DNA of 64,000 bases from the human T2T-CHM13v2.0 reference genome, Homo sapiens. Made by a program: the position numbers and the translations under genes. Position 1 is the stretch's first letter. Each line of letters begins with the position of its first letter. The stretch is taken from the NCBI RefSeq assembly GCF_009914755.1, contig NC_060933.1. The stretch is one strand, 5' to 3'. Positions 58,201 through 64,000 of the stretch are shown one piece after another. The notes under the pieces are model-generated. The model ran no database searches, was not told the DNA's origin, and saw only the letters and a program-made list of their open reading frames with translations.

Positions 58201-61200
58201 AAGGAATTTTCAACTCTGTGAGATGAAGGTAAACATCACAAAGAAGTTTCTGAGAATGCTTCTGTCTAGTTTTTATGTGAAGATATTTCCGTTTCCAACG
58301 AAAGCCTCAAAACTATCCAGATATCCACTTGCATTTTCTACAAAAACAGTATTTAAAAACTGCTCTATTAAAAGAAAGGTTCAACTCTGTGAGTTGAGTA
58401 CACACATCACAAAGAATTTCTGAGAATTCTTCTGTATAGTTTTTATGAGAAGATATTTCTTTTTTCACCATAGCCCTCAAAGTCCTCCAAGTGTCCATTT
58501 ACAGATTCTACAAAAAGATTGTTTCAAAACAGCTCTATGAAAAGGAATATTCAACGCTGTGAGTGGAATGCAAACATCACAAAGCAGTTTCTGAGAGTGC
58601 TTCTGTGTAGTTTTTATGTGAAGATATACCTGTTTCCAGTGAAGGCCTCAAAGCTGTCCAAATATCCACTTCAAAATACTACAGAAAGAGTGTTTCAAAT
58701 CTGCTCTATCAAAAGGAAGTTTCAACTCTGTGAGTCGAATGCACACATCACAAAGTAATTTCTGAGAATGCTTCTGTCTAGTTTTTATATGAAGATATTT
58801 CCTTTTTCACCGGAGGCCTCAAATCGCTCCAAATGTCTGCTTGCAGATCCTACAAAAAGAGGGTTTCAAAACTTCTCTATGAAAAGGAATGTTCAACTCT
58901 GTGAGTTGAATGCAAACATCACAAAGAAGTTTCCGAGAATGCTTCTCTCTAGTTTTTATGTGAAAATATTCCGGTTTCCAACGAAAGCCTCAAAGCCGTC
59001 CAAATATCCACTTGCAGATCCTACAAAAAGAGTGTTTCAAAACTGCTCTATCAAAAGAAATGTTCAATTCTCTCAGGTGAGGACACACATCAATAACAAG
59101 TTTCTTAGAATGCTTCTGTCTTGTTTTTATGTGAAAATATTCCCGTTTCCATTGAAGGCCTCAAAGCTGTCCAAACATCCACTTGCAAATTCTACGAAAT
59201 GAGTGTTTCCAATCTGCTCTATCAGAAGAAAAGTTCAACTCTGGTTGTTGAACGCACATATCACAAAGAAGTTTCTGAGAATGCTTCTGTCTAGTTTTTA
59301 TTGGAAGATATTCCCGTTTCCAACGAAGGCCACTAAGCGCTCCAAGTGTCCACTTGCAGATACCACAAAAAGAGTGTTTCAAAACTGATCTCTCAAAAGA
59401 AAGTTTCAACTCTGTGAGTTGACTTCAGATATCACAAAGATGTTTCTGAGAATGCTTTTGTCTAGTTTTTATGTGAAGATATTTCCTTTTTCATCATAGG
59501 CCTCAAAGAACAACAAATGTCCACTTGCAGATTACACAAAAAGAGTGTGTCAAAACTGCTCTGTAAAAGAAGGGTTCAAATCTGTGAGTTAAATGCACAC
59601 ATCACAAAGAAGTTTCTGAGAATGCTTCTGTTATTTTTTATGTGAAGATATTCCCGTTTCGAATGAAGGCCTCAAAGCACTCAGGATGACCACTTGCAGA
59701 TTCTACAATAAGAGTTTTTCAAAACTGCTGTATGAAAAGGAATGTTCAACTCTTTGAGTTGAATGCAAACATCACAAAGATGTTTCTGAGAATGCTTCTG
59801 TCTAGTTTTTATGTGAAGATATTTCCATTTTCTCTATAGGCCACAAAGCTGTCCAAATGTCCACTTGCAGATACTACAAAAAGAGTGTTTCAAAAGTGCT
59901 CAATGAAAAGGAATGTTCAACTCTCTGAGTTGAATGCAAACATCACAAATAAGTTTCTGAGAATGCTTCTGTCTAGTTTTTATGGGAAGATACTCCCGTG
60001 TCCAGCGAAGGCTTCAAAGCTTTCGAAATATCCACTTGCAAATTCTACAAAAAGAGTGTTTCAAAGCTGCTTTATCAATAGAAAGTTTCAACTCTGTGAG
60101 TTGAATGAGCACATCACAAGGAAGTTTCTGAGAATGCCTTCAGTCTGGTTTTTATGTGAAGATATTCCCGTTTCCATCGAAAGCTTCACACGTGGTCCTA
60201 ATATCCACTTGTATATTCTACAAGAAGAGTGTTTCAAACTGATGTATCAAAAGAAATGTTTAACTCTGTGAGTTGAGTACACAGATCACAAAGAAGTTTC
60301 TGATAATGCTTCTATCTAGTTTTTATGTGAAGATATTTCCTTTTTCACCGTAGGCCTCAAAGCGCTCCAAATGTCCACTTGCAAATAATATGAAAAGAGT
60401 TTTTCAAAACTGCTCTATGAAAAGGAATGTTCAACTTTGTGAATTGAATGAAAACATCACAAAGAAGTTTCTGAGAATCCTTCTGTCTAGATTTTATGTG
60501 AAGATATTCCCGTTTCCAATGAATGCCTCAAAGCTGTCCAAATATCAACTTGCAGATTCTACAAAGAGAGTGTTTCAAAACTGCTCTATCAAAAGAAGGG
60601 TTCAACTCTGTGAGTTAAATGCACACATCACAAAGAAGTTTCTGACAATGCTTCTGTATAGTTTTCATGTGAAGATACTCCCGTTTCCAAAGAAGGTCAC
60701 AAAGCACTCCAAGTGTCCACTTGCAGATTCCACTTAAAGAGTGTTTGACAACTGCTCTATCAAAAGAAAGGTTCAGCTCTGTGAGTTGAGTACACACATC
60801 ACAAAGAAGTTTCTGAGAATGATCCTGTCTAGTTTTTATGTGAAGATATTTCCTTTTTCACCATAAACCAAAAACACACCAAATGTCCACTTGCAGATTC
60901 TACAAAGAGAGTGTTTCAAAACTGCTCTATCAAAAGAAGAGTTCAAATCTGTGAGTTGAAAGGACACATCAGAAAGAAGTTTCTGATAATGCTTCTGTCT
61001 AGTTTTTATGTAACGATATTCCCATTTCGAGCGAAGGCCTCAGAGCGCTCCAAATGTCCACTTGCAGATTCTACAAAAGGAGTGTTTCAAATCTGCTCTA
61101 TGAAAAAGAATTTTCAACTCTGTGAGTTGAATGTACACATCACAGAGAAGTTTCTGAGAATGCTTCTGTCTAATTTTTATTTGAAGATATTTTCTTTATC

Positions 61201-64000
61201 ACCATAGGACTCAAAGTGCTCCAAATGTCGACTTGCAGATACTATAAAAAGAATGTTTCAAAACTACTCTATGAAAACGAATGTTCAACTCTTTGAGTTT
61301 AATCCAAACATCAGAAAGATGTTTCCAAGAAATCTTCTGTCTAGTTTTTATGAGAAGATACTCCCGATTCAAGTGAAAGCCTCAAAGTTGTCGAAATATC
61401 CACTTGCAAATTCCACAAAAGCAGTGTTTCAAATCTGCTCTATCAAAATAAAAGTTTCAACTCTGTGAGTTGAATGCAAACATCGCAAAGAAGTTTCTGA
61501 GAATGCTTCTGTCTAGTTTTTTGTGAAGTTATTCCCGTTTCCAATGAAGGCCACACAGCACTCCAAATGTCCACTTGCAGATTCCACAAAAAGAGTGTTT
61601 CAAAACTGCTCTGTGAAAAGAAAGGTTCAACTCTGTGAGTTGAGTGCACACATCACAAACAAGTTTTTGAGAATGCTTCTGTCTAGTTTTTATGTGAAGA
61701 TATTCCCGTTTCCAATGAAAGCCTCAAACCTGTCCAAATATTCATTTGCAGTTTCCACAAAGACAGTGTTTCAAAACTGCTTTATCAAAAGAAAGATTCA
61801 ACTCTGTGAGTTGAGTACACACATCACAAAGAGGTTTCTGAGAATGATTCTGTACAGTTTTTATGTGAAGATATTCCCGTTTCCAACGAAGACTTCAAAG
61901 CGTTCCAAATGTCCACTTGCAGATTCTACAAAAAGACTGTTTAAAAACGCTCCATCAAAGAAAATTTTCAACTCTTTTTGTTGAGTGCGCACATCACAAA
62001 GATGTTTCTGATAATGATTCTGTCTGGTTTTTATGTGAAGATATTTCCTTTTTCTCCAGAGGCCTAAAAGTGCTCCAAATGTCCACTAGCAGATACTACA
62101 AACAGAGTGTTTCAATACTGCTCTATTGAAAGGAATGTTCAACTATGTGAGTTGAATGTAAACATCACAAAGATGTTTTTGAGAATACTTCCGTCTAGTT
62201 TTTATGTGAAGATACCCCGGTTTCCAGCGAAGGCGACAAAGCTGTCCAAATATCCACTTGCAATTTCTACAAAAAGAGTGTTTCAAATCTGCTCTATCAA
62301 AAGAAAGTATCAACTCTTTGAGTTGAATATACACATCACAAAGAAGTTTCTGAAAATGCTTCGGTCTAGTTTTTATGTGAAGATATTCCCTTTTCCAAGG
62401 AAAGCCTCGAAGCTGTCCAAATATCCACTTGTAAATGCTGCAAAAAGAGTGTTTCAAAACTGCTACAGCAAAAGAAAGGTTCATCTCTGTGAGTTGAGTA
62501 TACACATCATGAAGAAATTTCTGAGAATGCTTCTGTCTAGTTTTTATGTGAAGATATTTCCTTTGTCACCATAGGCCTCCAAGCGCTCTGAATGTCCACT
62601 TGCAGATGCTACAAAAAGAGTGTTTCAAAACTGCTCAATCAAAAGGAATGTTCAAATCTGTGAGATAAATGCAAACATCACAAAGAAGTCTTTGAGAATG
62701 CTTCTGTCCAGTTTTTATGTTAAGATATTTCCTATTTCACCATACGTCTCAATGCACACCAAATGTCCACTTGCAGATGCTACAAAGAGAGTGTTTCAAA
62801 ACTTCTAGATCAAAAGAAGTGTTCAACTCTGTGAGTTGAGGACACACATCAGAAAGAAGTTTCTGAGAGTGTTTCTGTCTAGTTTTTATGTGAAGATATT
62901 CCCGTTTCCAACGAAAGCCTCAAAACTATCCCAATATCCACTTGCACATTCTACAAAAAGAGTGTTTCAAATCTGCTCTATCAAAATAAAGGTTCAACTC
63001 TGTGAGTTGAATACACACAACACAAAGAAGTTTCTGAGAATGCTTCTGTCTAGTTTTTATGGGAAGATATTTCCTTTTTCAACATAGGCCTCAAAGCGCT
63101 CCAAATGTCCACTTGCAGAATCTACAAAAAGAGTTTTTCAAAACTCCTCTATGAAAAGGAATGTTCAACTCCGTGAGTTTAATGCAAAGATCACAAAGAA
63201 GTTTCTGAGAATGCTTCTGTCTAGCTTTTACCTGAAGATACTTCCGTTTTCAGTGAAGTCTTGAAAGCTGTCCAAATATCCACTTGCAAATTCTACAAAA
63301 AGAGTATTTAAAAGCTGCTCTGTCAGTAGAAAGTTTCACCTCTGTGAGTTGAATGCGCACATCACACAGAAGTTTCTGAGAATGCTTCTGTCTGGTTTTT
63401 AGGTGAAGATATTCCCGTTTCCAACCAAAGCCTCAAAGCTGTCCAAATATCCATTTGCAGATTCTACAAGGAGAGTGTTTCAAAACTGCTCTATACAAAG
63501 AAAGGTTCTACTCTGTGAGTGGAGTACACACATCACAAAGAAGTTTCTGAGAATGCCTCTGTCTAGTTTTTATGTGAAAATATTTCATTTTCCAAAATAG
63601 GCTTCAAAGCGCTCCAAATGTCCACTTCAGATTTTACAAAAAGAGTGTTTCAAAACTGCTCTATGAAAAGGAATGTTCAACTCTGTGATTTCAAGGCAAA
63701 CTTCACAAAGAAGTTTCTGAGAATGCTTCTCTCTAGTTTTTATGTGAAGATATTCCCGTTTCCGACGAAAGCCTCAAAGATATCCAAATATCCACTTGCA
63801 GATTATACAAAAAAGGGTTTCAAACTGCTCTGTCAAAACAAAGATTCAAATCTGTGTGTTGAGTACACACATCACAAAGAAGTTTCTGAGAATGCTTCTA
63901 TCTAGTTTTAATGTGAACACATTTCCTTATTCACAGTGGGCCCCAAAACCCTGCAAATGTCCACTTGCAGATTCTACAAAAAGTGTTTTTCAAAACTGCT
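37238..64000 (-). repeat. Alpha satellite, irregular mix of A- and B-type monomers (SF5 R1/R2-like) with scattered CENP-B boxes, open at the right window edge
   Basis: 171-bp units with GAGTTGAATG/GAGTTGAGTA, GCTCTAT and TTCTGAGA. Intact TCCCGTTTCCAACGAAR starts at 39685, 41393, 41735, 43436, 44463, 47703, 48045, 52146, 57433, 57774, 59312, 61875 and 62900. No homogeneous HOR seen. Confidence 0.93.

Overview
Primate pericentromeric heterochromatin, almost certainly human because it carries an Alu with all five AluYa5 diagnostic substitutions. There is no intact protein-coding gene; nearly every ORF in the track is a satellite or transposon artefact. Layout from left to right: (1) 1-5823, 48-bp CER-type satellite. 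(2) 5824-24259, divergent alpha satellite of A-type monomers with no CENP-B box seen, showing a cryptic dimer and relic 13-15-mer duplications. (3) 24260-27322, a 3.06-kb minus-strand retrocopy with poly(A) and TSD, inserted in an alpha monomer. It is a spliced chimera: 29-bp-repeat first exon, one LSP1 exon, one STRN exon, antisense ANKRD36 exon 1 with its GC-rich upstream DNA, an antisense LAVA-like VNTR/Alu/L1ME composite, and a HERV-H LTR (LTR7B-like) that supplies the poly(A) signal. (4) 27323-30911, alpha satellite that switches near 27.9 kb to a regular A/B dimer (SF2-like). (5) 30912-37237, a dead, nearly full-length L1PA2/L1PA3 on the minus strand, interrupted by AluYa5 at 34879-35183. 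(6) 37238-64000, irregular A/B alpha satellite (SF5-like) with about 20 intact CENP-B boxes. The two most unusual observations are the multi-gene chimeric retrocopy and, within it, a copy of the LAVA 3' architecture, which is described as gibbon-specific, in an apparently human sequence. Family and gene names come from my recall of consensus sequences, not from a database search.
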